Shown piece by piece: positions 46,301 to 57,479 of a stretch of 64,000 nt of DNA. Where the stretch lies: NCBI GenBank assembly GCA_951406725.2, contig OX597815.1:175398001-175462000 (forward strand), read 5' to 3'. Origin of the DNA: Octopus vulgaris (lineage: Eukaryota). Under the pieces are notes generated by a model, which saw only the letters and a list, made by a program, of their open reading frames with translations, did no database searches and was not told where the DNA came from. The first letter of the stretch is position 1. Every line of letters starts with the position of its first letter. The position numbers and the translations under genes were made by a program.

Positions 46301-49300
46301 TGAGCTTCACTGTTCCAAACAAGGATTATTCATGTTCTCTCTTGAAGTTTCTAAATTCTTACAAAGTCAATTATTCATCATTTAGCATCCGCTTTCCATG
46401 CTGGCATGGGTTGGACGGTTCAACTGGGGTCTGGGAAGCCAGAAGGCTACACCAAGCCCCGTCTGATCTGGCAATGTTTCTACGGCTGGATGCCCTTCTT
46501 AACGCCAACCACTCCATGAGTGTAGTGGGTGCTTTTTATGTGCCAGACAAGGCTGGCAAATGGCCACGATCGGATGGTGCTTTTTACATGCCACATTCAT
46601 TTTCTTTCAAGCATGAACTGGTTTGTTGAGTAGCAAACCAGTATAAAACTGGTACCAAGTTTTAAGGTGGCGAGCTGGCAGAAACGTTAGCATGCTGGGC
46701 GAAATGCTTAGCAGTATTTCATCTACCGCTGCGTTCTGAGTTCAAATTCCACCGAGGTCGACTTTGCCTTTCATCCTTTCGGGGTCGATTAAATAAGTAC
46801 CAGTTACGCACTGGGGTCGATATAATCAACTTAATCCGTTTGTTTGTCCTCTCTGTGCTTAGCCCCTTGTGGGTAGTAAAGAAATAAGTTTTAAGATATT
46901 TTTGTTATTGGCAGGGAAACAGAATTTGTTGTTTTAGCTACTCGCCTAAACTTTATTTTTTGGTTCTCCAAATGCATTTCCAGTCAGCATTCTGCTTACT
47001 TATTATCATCATTTAATGTCCGTTTTTCCATGCTGGCATGCTTTGGATGGTTTGACAGGAATTGGTAAAGCTGCACCAAGCTCCATAGTCTTGTTTTGGC
47101 AGGGTTTCTGTGGTGGGATGCACTTTCTAAATGCCAACTACTTCAGAGTGTTTTGGTTACTTTTTACATGGTACCAGCACTGATAGGGTCAATGAATAAG
47201 CCCCTCGGCTGTGGAGAGAGAATAATGGTGAGGGGCCGGTGGTGGCTTTGTGTCAGTTGACGAGTGTTTAGGAGTAAAGAGAGACAGGGTTGGCACCCTG
47301 CTATCGAGTAGAAATATCAATACTGCCAGTCATTCTAGAATTTCTTCTTTGTGAACATTTTTCTTCCAATCACCATCTCCTGTTATATAGACTTCCTAAT
47401 TTAGAAATTCTGTCGTTACTCAAACTAATGTAAAAATTGTAGTTCATAATTAATAAAGTACTGTATTTAATTAATAATGGTAATGTTTTCAGGAGAGGCT
47501 GAGCATGAACACTGGAAGAAAATTTCTGAAGCTAAATCTGCTGGGATGAAGAATAAGAAGCTTGGCAAAATGGGTGGTAGAAAGAAATTTGGCAAAAGGC
47601 ATGCAAAACGTGGTAACAGTGGTGAGTATCATATTGAATATTTTGCTGTTCTTTGTTGCATCATCATCATTATTTGATGTCTGTTGTCTATGGTGGCATG
47701 GGTTGGATGGTTTGACGAGAGCTGGCAAACTGTGGAGCTGCACCAGACTCCAGTCTGATTTATTGTGGTTTCTACGGCTGGATGCCCTTCCTAGTGCCAA
47801 CCACTTTTCAGAGTGTTGGGTGCTTTTATGTGGCACCATCATGGGTACTTTACACCACCACATGGACCGATCTTAAGACTTTTGCTGTGTAGTACGGATC
47901 ATCTTGAGTACAGCAAGGCATCAGCTATCTTGGTCCTTTGTCATCTCGCCTGAAAGTTTCAGCATCTTGAGGTCATTCTTTAGTATTTTATCCAATGTCT
48001 TCCTGGGTTTCTCACTTCCACGTGTTCCATCCTTCACTTACAGGGATCACTTCTTCTTTATGGAGTTGTTGGCATCCATCCACATCATATGACCAAAACC
48101 AGCACAGTCTTCTCACTTGCACACTGCATCTAATCTCTAACTTCTTTTATTCTTTTATCTTTTAGCATTTAATTAAACGAGCTTTATCTGGCCAAAATAT
48201 TCTGCCTGTTTTATGTGCAAACTAGCCAGATCCAACTTCTCACACCTATCCTACAACATCTGTCCAAAAATAAACATTGTTGGAATCTGAAGGTTACAAG
48301 ATAATGTAGGATAAGTTCAAAAACAATGTGAATAAGTATGCATTGCATTTGACACAGAAATCTGAATATCTGAAAGATTAAAGATATCCTTCAATGTAGA
48401 TATTTCAGCTGTTCAAAGACACAAAGAACGAATGGTCTATATCATCTCTAACCCTGCACTATATCTTTTCTAAACTTGAACAAAAGATTTTCAAAATAAA
48501 TATCATTCTCCCCAGCTTCTGTAATATCCAATCTCTTGTGCTTCTATTTAACACTGAAATGTATCATTGCCAATCTTTGTTAATGCATATCAAATTTGTT
48601 TCTTTTCTTGTGAGTTTATTGGTCTACCATTTCATGTTCTGGTTTGTGTTGATGGTATTCCTCTTGGATGTGCCTCCCACCAAATACAACAAAAACAAGC
48701 CCATCTAGTTAGCTAGCAGTTTCATTTTCCAACATGCCCTAATCTCAGGCATACACGTACCCTGTTTTTTTTCTTTTTGCCTCTTCTAATGCTGTGACTC
48801 AATAACTTTAGTCCTCTTTGTCACTATTCTTGTATCTCTCTTTCCTCTAACTGCTCTCTTTTCTTGGAGATATTCAAACTGAACATTATTTGCTTCAACT
48901 GTATAGGATTTGGAGGGCTGACATGGGATGAGGGCACTGTCCTTCCTCTTCTAATTCAAAGAGAAAAAGGACATTTTCTTGTTATTTTACATTGGTTTCG
49001 GATGAGGGTGTAATAGGCAGTTAAGATGGAAGGAGAAAATTCAGGTTGTTTTTCCGTGTTTTGAGTGAAGGACAAGTGACCTGATATTTGTGCTCATGGC
49101 AGTGAGGCATAACACTGAATGCAGAAAAAATGTGAAGCAAGAAAGAAATAAGAGAAGCTCATTCTGTTGAAGAAATGACTGAATTAGCTGAGACCAAAAA
49201 TGGAAAAAACTTCAAATCTGAAAAAGATGCAAAAGCAGCCTTTTGTGATTTCATCACCTTGCTCTCCAGAATTCTTTGCTGCCAGCATAAATAAACTACC

Positions 49301-49533
49301 GATAAATTGGCAAAATTGTGTTGATAATTTAGGTGCATACTTTGATTAACTGTATTGCTTTTTGTTGAGATAAAGTAAAATAAACATTCAGTTCAAAATC
49401 AGGCATTCCATTCTTAATGACTTGATTTAGTAAGATCTGAAATGATCAATATTGTGAGAGGTTTTCTAATCCTTTCTTTTGTTTTATTTCAGGTGATGAA
49501 CCAGCTGCAAAGGTCTCTAAAACTGAAGACTAA
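34305..49533 (+). CDS. SSB: La autoantigen (lupus La protein; LaM + RRM1 + RRM2), 358 aa, 12 coding exons
   Basis: Exons 34305-34367, 34594-34663, 36072-36178, 36571-36672, 37364-37471, 39764-39864, 41630-41701, 41947-41971, 42673-42813, 45635-45752, 47493-47621 and 49493-49533; 1077 nt, phases consistent. La motif [21 protein letters not shown]...[15 protein letters not shown]; RRM1 RTLYVKGFP...FTGSAFVVF; RRM2 DREDIR...[17 protein letters not shown]. Confidence 0.96.
34664..36071 (+). other. U12-type (minor spliceosome) GT-AG intron in La
   Basis: 5' splice site GTATCCTTT; branch site TTCTCCTTCAC (36045-36055) about 17 nt from an AAG acceptor with no polypyrimidine tract. Splicing rebuilds the conserved Trp codon (T|GG) of the La motif. 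Confidence 0.9.
42401..42588 (+). ncRNA. Candidate intronic structured RNA (H/ACA-like), unassigned
   Basis: Two closed stem domains and an ACA+3 nt end 84 nt upstream of the 3' splice site. The H box is degenerate. Confidence 0.35.
42980..44430. repeat. ~110-bp degenerate tandem unit (about 4 copies) split by RTE and Helitron insertions
   Basis: cagagttgaaa(c/t)gctgtttgattttt...ccact recurs at about 43078 and 44284; partial or degenerate copies at about 42980 and 44404. Confidence 0.65.
43846..44227 (+). mobile_element. Non-autonomous Helitron (second copy)
   Basis: A|TC start, hairpin cccgagcaacgccggg, CTAG|T end. Confidence 0.8.
46663..46890 (+). mobile_element. tRNA-derived SINE with a Meta-domain-like central region
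   Basis: ggcgagctggcagaaacgttagc...gttcaaattcc...gtcgactttgcctttcatcctttcggggtcgattaaataagtacc. Other copies at about 22930, 37509, 46068, 54030 (+) and 62040, 62745 (-). Confidence 0.8.
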
Positions 49534-50097
49534 TTAGAAATGAAACACTTCTTATATTTTATAAATCTTTTATTAAGCTCTCTTGAAGACCTACACACAC
49601 ACTCTCTCTTTCTCTCTAATTGTGCATAAAGACTCATGAAATAATTGCAGTTACTGCAATCACCAAGCTGTATGAAATTTGCCCATCACCACAAAATGTC
49701 CTTGTAATTCAGCTTTATGGAAGCCAAGTATTTTCTATGCCAGTTTTTCTTCAGAATGATGTGTTCTGACAATATGGAGATTCTGTGGAACATTATTGGT
49801 ACTTTATTTTATTCTAATGGGGGTTTTGTGACTCAAGAGAGCAAGGGGGAAATCATTTTACACATTGTAAATAAATTCATTGAAGCATATTTTCTTCTAC
49901 CCATATATTAAAAAAAGCAAAAATGTATTTCAAGGCTGTGGATGCAGAATGAACCTTGGTAAGATTATTTCTTTTACTTCTCTGCTTACTCTTTCACATA
50001 ACTCTTGTTGTTGTTGTTCACACCCACACCCTGCAATCTGTGCGTTTGTATTGATTGTAAATAGGAGTAAAAGGCAGGTATCTTCCCTGCACAGTTA

Positions 50098-51028
50098 TTA
50101 GCTCTGTACAATCCTCATTCTTGTTAGTGGTCTCTTTTGCCAGAGTTTTAAGGTTGTCACTGAGAGCACTGTTAATCCACAAAGGCAAAGGAATCCAAGG
50201 CAACTGTTTATCCATATGAAAACTGAAAGTTCCTTCAGTTTTGCAAAGTTATCTGGTAAAGAAAAGAAAAAATACAATACAGGATTATTGGATTACTTGC
50301 CATGCAGCTCCTAATTCAAAACTTGCTATAATCATTTGTTCTTTTCCTCATCAACGTGTATGACTTTGTTTATCTTAGTTTGCTTTAAGATTGGGGCATT
50401 CTAAATTTAGTAAAAGCACAACTTCAATTATCCAGGGTTTGCTTGCATGACTGTTTTTTCTGATCTGATTACTTAACCCCACTGAAAGGGTGCAGAGTGA
50501 TGGCAATTGCATTCAATTTATTGGATAACAAAATCTGTCATCTTGCTGCACTTGACAATATATATCAGTGGTGCTTGGTCTGTGATTTCTTCAGATTATT
50601 TCCATCAGTTATATTTAATAGTCACAGTGAGTTTGATAGTCATCCACCTGCCTTGATTCCATGGCTGGGATGGTTTTTGCAAATTTCCTGGATAAGCTGA
50701 AAGCTGCTATAAACTGTAGCATTGTCTGCTGACTGTAAGGAACATTCACAGAAACAAAGTTAATCTCTTCACTTCCTTGCTTTGTACTGAATCGATTTTA
50801 TCAGGGAATGGAAGCCTTACACCCCTTACATTTTCGCTTATGCATTTGAGAGTTGAAAGAATTACTTACTGTGACAGTGTTTCGTTCCACATGGCCGAAC
50901 ATCAACTCTGGTTCCGATGCATGTCTCTCTTGTACCATTGTTGCACCAACGGAATCGATGCTGGACGCCTTGCCCACATTCATTACTGCAGGGTCTCCAT
51001 GGATACCAAGAGGTCCAGCCAACTTTTC
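50098..51028 (-). CDS. Thrombospondin type-1 repeat plus transmembrane protein, last two exons; 5' part not located
   Basis: Exon 51028-50870 (phase 1-1, GTAAGT donor): KVGWTSWYPWRPCSNECGQGVQHRFRWCNNGTRETCIGTRVDVRPCGTKHCH, the canonical TSP1 pattern WxxWxxWxxCSxxCGxGxQxRxRxC. Exon 50252-50098: NFAKLKELSVFIWINSCLGFLCLCGLTVLSVTTLKLWQKRPLTRMRIVQS*, a TM segment and basic tail. Confidence 0.85.
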
Positions 51029-51499
51029 CTCGTTAAGAAAAAGAAGAAAACTAAATTAGGCAAACTCTGTGAATGGATTATTCTTATTTTAAAATCTGAT
51101 ACATTTTCTAATCCTGATTTGAAATAAGTTGACGAAAATCGAGACTACCAGTCATAAAACAGTTTGACATGGATCTGGGTACTGGTGTCATGTAAACGCA
51201 CCTGTGCCAGTGCTGCATAGAGGCACCCAGTACACTGTAGAGTGGTTGGCATCAAGAAGGGGCATCCAGCCATAGAAATCATACCAAAACAGATAGGGAG
51301 CCTGGGCAGTCCTTCAGCTGGCCAGCTCTGGTCAAACCGTCCAGTCTATGCCAGCATGGAAAACGGATGTTAAATGATAATGGGATCTTTAAAACCAAAT
51401 TGGAGATCAAGCATAGTTAGTATTAGGCAGGTATACCTAGCTGGGGTGGGGGAGCAGAAAGGAAGAAGTTTGCCAATGTTCTGTGGCATAGGGACTGGT

Positions 51500-52988
51500 G
51501 GCTTGATGTGTTTTAGCTAGCAAGGCAGTATGTCAGCCAAATTTGTGGTATTGGATGATGGTTCACTTTCAGTTAGTGACTGCTGAGAAAGAAGCTTGGA
51601 AGTGCCACTATGAAAGGCTGCTGAATGTTGAGAAAGGAGGGGCTGTCTAATGTAGATCCAACAAGGACCAGGAATCCAAGTAGACACGAGCTTTGTAGAT
51701 AAAGCCATGAAGGTGGAGAAAGCCCTGTCCCATCAGAAATCGCTACTGAGATGCTTAAAATACCTGGTGCTGTGGGTTAAGGTCTTGTCACCCGTATGGT
51801 TAATGAGGTTGTACACAAGGGAGTCCTACTCAACTGCTACAAAGGCAAAGGTGGCGTCTTAGAAATAATTACAGAGGTATCAAACTGTTGGATCAGGTGA
51901 TGAAAGTTACAGAAAGGGCCATAGTCCAACTAATTAGGAAGAAAATCTTGAGATGCAGTTTGGTTTTGTGTCAGGGGGAAACACCACAACTACAGGAGAA
52001 GTACCTAGCCAAAAACGAACCTGTCCTTGGCTTTCGTTGATATGGAGAAAGCCTTCGATAGAATCCTCCTTATCTGGTGGTCATTACAGGAGCTAAGTAT
52101 AGACAAGTGGCTGATGAGAGCTGTACGAGCCATGTACTGAGACGCTGTCAGTAAGGTGTGGATTGGCAACGAATATAGAGATGAATTCAGAGTACAAGAG
52201 AGAGGTCACCAATGATCAGTTCTCAGCCGCCACCCTTTCATCATAGTCCTCTGCAGGCAATAACAGGAATTCAAGACAGGATGCCCCTGGGAGTTTCTCT
52301 ACACTGATGGTCTTTTATAGCTGAATCACTACCAGGAGTGGAAGCATGGTCTGGAATCAAAGGGCCTTAGAGTTAATTTCGTAAAAGCCAAAGTTTTAGT
52401 AAATAGGAAAGTAGACAAATCTATAGGTAGATGGCCCTGCTCCATAGGTAGAAACTCCCATAAGATGTACCCAGTGTAAGCGATGGACATACAAGAAGTG
52501 CAGCAATATCAGAAGAAGGTTAACGGGAAAATAGTGTGTGGCAGATGCACGGGTACAATAAACACTAGTAATGTACAGAAAATAGACTGCATCAAAAGTC
52601 AGGGATGATACCTGGAAACAGTTGATAGCTTTTGTTGTCTGGGTGACCAAGTCAGCAGTGGAGGTGGAGCTGTTAGAAGAAGAATAGGCTGGACAAAGTT
52701 CAGAGAGCTACCTTTGATGCAAGAAAGGGTCTCTCCCTCTTTCAGTGTGATGCCTGTGTACAAACATCCATGCTACACGGTCGTGAAACATGGGGTTGTA
52801 ACTGCAAAGGCTTGAAAGAAATAAAGCTTGTATGCTTCGCTGGATGTGCGACAGTGAGCGTCTTGAAGGGCATCCAGCCACAGAAACCATACCAAAAGAA
52901 GACAATTGGAGCGTGATGCAGCACTCCAGCTTCGCAGTTACTATTAAACGGTCCAATCCATGGAAAACGGACATTAAATTACGATGAA
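51500..52988 (+). mobile_element. Degenerate RTE LINE (RT region to 3' tail)
   Basis: Collinear with 32510-33385; NYRGIKLLDQVMKV, MQFGFV and AFVDMEKAFDR relics with many indels. Confidence 0.85.
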
Positions 52989-53039
52989 TATGTTTTATAA
53001 TCAACCTAAACAATAAAACAAACCAATAACAAGATTATG

Positions 53040-56000
53040 TCGGTGCTGATGCTACCAGATTATAGGATTCCCTTAACGTGTTATGCAGTTGTAAACGAAA
53101 GCCTGAAACGGAGTTGCAAATATGAAACAATTTCAACATTGATTTCTTTAGCTCAGCTTCGTAAATAAAATGATTGTTATCATTAGACACAGGACATTCC
53201 AGATTTTGTAAGTGAAACTAAATATGTTTCAACCGGGAATTGAAATCGGATCACAAACTCCATGTTTTCGACGACTACTTCTTTTCACAATGGCACAAAC
53301 AACTTGCTTGTTTCTACACTGATTCATGGTGAATGTAATAAAAGTCCCAACTGAAAATTTCAGCTATTTCTTCCCTTGTTCTTCCAACATTCATCTTAGC
53401 GAGAGTGTAAGTCTATTAATCTGGTTCGGACCGAAGTCATCAACTGTTGCCCTTCGTTAGATGTCCTGAAACATCAATGGTATTCTCGGATACAAATTAA
53501 TCTTTCTTGTTTTCCTCATAAACCTAAATGTGCAAATTTTATTCAGAAGGAAATAAAATTAGTGATCAAATTTTTAAAAGATGTGTATTCATCTCTTTTA
53601 TCTTCATTACACAGTAGAGTAGTTTGGCGGCAAGGGGGAACGTCTCGCCCCCGGGTGGCGTTTATGAAGGCGGCACTTTTGGGTCTCGAAGGGCGAAAGG
53701 GCAAACTCAAGGGCGCACACACACTAGCCTAGCTAAGTCATGGGGCATTACATTGAATTTTGGCCAGATAAGCATTGAGTAAAGCCATCGTTACATAACA
53801 TTAAATGACGGTGTTTTCCAATGCCTCCACGACAACTGTTCCTGGTTGGGTAAGACTGCAGGCACCAACTCCTATTTAATGAGCAATTTTCAGCATATCA
53901 GAAATATGTTTCGAATTTAATACGATTAATTCATATTTGCCATTTAAAACAATAAGATATATTCACTTGTTGTGTGTTTTACGATGTCGTTAGTGTATCA
54001 TTTAACGTTCTTTCAAAATCTAAAAGATTTAAAGGTGGCGAACTGGCAGAATCGTTAGCACACCGAGCAAAATGCTTGGTACCGTGCCGTCCGTGTTTAC
54101 GTTCTGAGTTCAAATTCCGCCGTGGTCGTTAAAATAAGTACCTGTTGAGTACTGGGGTCGATATAATCGACAACCCCCACCTCTCCGGAATTGCTGACCT
54201 TGTGCCAATATTTGAAACCAAAATCTAAGTTTATATTTTGATTGGATGCTTTTAGCCCCAGCAATAGCATAATTATTTCCAGCTTATTGAGATCCTACTC
54301 AAGAAGGTTTGTCGCTTCTTAAGCTTGTTGCCCACCTCACGTCTAAATGTGCGAATTGGTAACAGATAAAAGGTTCATTACTTCATTCAAACATAGTTTA
54401 AGTATCTTAAATGTCTAGCTTTGCGAAGTGTATACAAGTTTTACAATTATAAGTATCCAATGCACATTTAGTATACATTTGTGCACTCAGCTAGTCAAGG
54501 GCTTATTGTGTGTAGTAATTCTCCTTGAAAATTAGCGCTTCTATGGCCTGTAGATCGTATATGGAAGCGTTCAAGTTTCCAGATTGTAGGCTGTGAGACT
54601 AAAAATACTTTGTTTCATACCTTGGTCAGAGTTCACGTTTCATCGGTTCCGAATCTTCCTTTTATTACTCCAGTGTTGTTTAACCTGTAGCGAATAATAG
54701 GATTCGAAAACCTTTTCTAAATTATCGGTTTGCTATCATGAACGAACCACATGTTTTATTTATTAACCAACCGACTTCCAGGAGATCAAGCCACAAAGTT
54801 TGAATAAAGGGAAAATCCTTGAGATTCGCGTCCTTTTCTCCAGTTAAGGAGTTCGGCATTAAACATTTTCGCCGAAGGATTCAAACGCCTCTCCTCCTGC
54901 CAAGCAGGCCAGGGTAATCGCAGAGGGTGAGAAACTCAACGGAGAGCCACGCATGATGCTACGTCCCTGCGCGACCGTGTTATATAAAAAACACCACTTG
55001 TCACACAATCTAAGGACAGCAATATTCGGCGGACTCATATTTCTTTGTCTTTTACCCCCAAGATGGTTGAGCAAACACAAAGATACCTTATTTCACTTCT
55101 AGAAATGTGAATAGATTCAGATAAACTCACATCTCAATTTCTACCCAAGACCAATTCGCTCTCGTCTCTAGAGTAAGCCATTAATATTTGAAAGTCTCTC
55201 TCTCTCTCTGGGGAGCATTTGAAAGTTCACATCTATAAATGTTCAGCCTTCTCTTAAATAAATTTATTGTTAAATGTTCACGAGTTTTGTTCTTACATAC
55301 GCAGCCAGCTTAATCCATAATAATTTAGCATCCCTTGCGACATTGGTGCAAAACATGACAGCGCTAACTCGCGACAAACTTAAGCTCTGATCAAGACGAT
55401 CAATGGCAAAGTCCCTTGAATTTTGGAAGTCCATCGCGTATCAACAACGATCAATTTAATCGATTCTACCTGTCTTCGAAATCGTTGTGGTCTTGCGTTA
55501 TATTGAGAAATCATAGAAAGACATTGAAACCATAGAAAGACAATAAGTAAAGTAAGAAAAAGAATATGGAAGGACTTACGTTCTTCGAAGGCTTGAGATT
55601 GGATTATGAAGTTTGCTATTACAAACAAGACATCACAGGGAAAGACACCAAACACCATTTTACTAGTTTGGAATGTCCAGAAAGAGCAAGAGTAAATAAA
55701 CGAGCTGAGGCTGTGTAAGTTATCCAAAAGATATGTTATTGAATAATCAGAAGTAACGCGCGCGCACGCGTACACACACGCACACAAGAAATGACTTAAA
55801 TTGTATACATCCGTTAGTGAATCTGTGAGGAGAGAAATGCCTTCCGAAAATGGTTGCAAAGTCGCATTTGACACCAACCGTTGGTAATTTGAGGGGTAAA
55901 TTCTAAAATAATTATCCGAAATTACAACTCTGTCGTAGAAATAAATGTTATATCGAATGTCAGTGTTACGTTGGTTGCGGATTCAGACGTCGACCAACAT

Positions 56001-56400
56001 TTTTGCGTGAGAATAGGTAAGAGAGAGTGTATAGGTTGGGGAGAGAGAGACAGCGACTTTTCCATTTGTTTTTGTTTTTTTTCTATCACAACATCAACAG
56101 CAATTTATGTCAACGAAAGAACTCGCTCTGCTTGAAATAACAACCAAATATCCCTCAAATTAGCTCTACCGCTTTAAAAATGGATACTTGGATAATGTGG
56201 TTCTGGATTCTCTGCGCTTTCGCAAAATATGGGATGGTCTCGGCTAAATCTAAACAATACAGTGCTTTTTGGTTTGTTTCATAATAATTGTAAAGTGCAT
56301 TAAATATCAAATGAGGTCGACCCATTGTTGTGTGAATAGACAAAGCAAATGAGTTTTTGTCTAAAACCTATCCAATAAATCTGTATCGTGTCTCAGCATG
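53040..56400 (-). mobile_element. Highly decayed Penelope-like element (RT + GIY-YIG), interrupted by other repeats
   Basis: Relics SKIQGTLPLIVLI (similar to PKIHK..PLRPI), LRLCDKWCFLYN...QGRSIMRGSPLS (similar to F.FN..Y.Q..G..MGSPLS) and NVGRT (similar to YVGRT) occur in the expected order. Confidence 0.5.
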
Positions 56401-56907
56401 GACGCATCGAGCGACTGATACTAGTAAAAGAATAGAAGAACACAAATACACACATAAGCAACTGAAGTTTCTTGAATTGTTACTCTGCGTTTAACGTTGC
56501 CGATTGTTCAAACGATTGAAGAATGGAAAGAGTATTTCAATATATCGTCTATCTTGTACTTGTTTTAGTCATGAAACTGCGGCCATTCTGGAGCACCGCC
56601 TTGAAGAATTTTTTTTTGTCGAATAAATCGACCTCGATTCTTATTTTGTTTCTAAGCCGGGTACTTACTAGTGGCGTATATTCCAGGGGTGCCTTGCACA
56701 CCTATCGAAAATGGCAAATTCATTATAAATATCAATCTTACTCATTGAGTGAGGGAGCACACCCAATACGGCAACCACCATTCGACACGGGTACTTTCTC
56801 TATCGGTATCTTTTTTACCGTGTGCTTAGTTACGGGGACGTAAAGAAACCCTCACCGGTTGTCAAGCAGTGGTGGAGAAAAACACACACACGATGAGCTT
56901 AAACAAC

Positions 56908-57177
56908 TGTGGTGTTATGGGCTGTGATGGAGCTATGTGGTGTTGGTGGAGGGGATTGCAGATGAGGTAGACGGAAGTAAGAACTGCAGGGTCCTGTGAC
57001 ACAGGTAGAGAGCATGCGTGGGCAAGAAGCACGTGGGTTCAGTTCGAGCAGAGACGGCAGCGAGACAAGACGTGTTTGATTCGTAAGAGTGACCGCTGGT
57101 TTCGCCGAGGTCAACAGGTAAGGCCTTTTCTCCCGTTTGCTTCTTTTTCTGTTGTCCTTTTCCCCCATCACACTACA
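56908..57177 (+). mobile_element. Solo LTR (270 bp)
   Basis: 14-bp imperfect terminal IR tgtggtgttatggg/cccatcacactaca and a 5-bp TSD acaac/acaat. The tail accgctg...caggtaaggcctttt resembles the 15433 LTR. Confidence 0.65.
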
Positions 57178-57479
57178 ACAATGTTGCAATACAAAGACAT
57201 ACAAACAATCCATTTTTACAGAGATGCGCCCAAATTCTGTGGCTTCTGCAATTTATTTCTATGTGCGAGTCAGTTCTTAACACTCAACGACAGCTTAAGT
57301 TGCCTTGCTTTTACTTTCCATCTTCTACTGAACTGGCTTCATAGCTTCGTTAGACTTCTTAACACTGCTTGCTATATTCTTCTGGCATTTCCCATAAAGT
57401 ATCCAGACTATGCTTTCTACCCTCTTACCTCCAGTTATTTATCCTCATTCCTCAATACCACCTCGCTTGGTTCATGGTC

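Noticed and set aside
46663-46760. tRNA gene (A/B-box-like motifs; also at 16366, 22930 and 54030)
   Set aside because: These are multi-copy SINE heads with no intact cloverleaf.
50801-51022. ORF MAGPLGIHGDPAVMN...
   Set aside because: Wrong frame; another minus-strand frame encodes a canonical TSP1 repeat.
56390-56460. Signal-peptide-like first exon for the TSP1 gene
   Set aside because: No in-frame ATG or donor before a stop; it lies at the edge of the Penelope-like relic.
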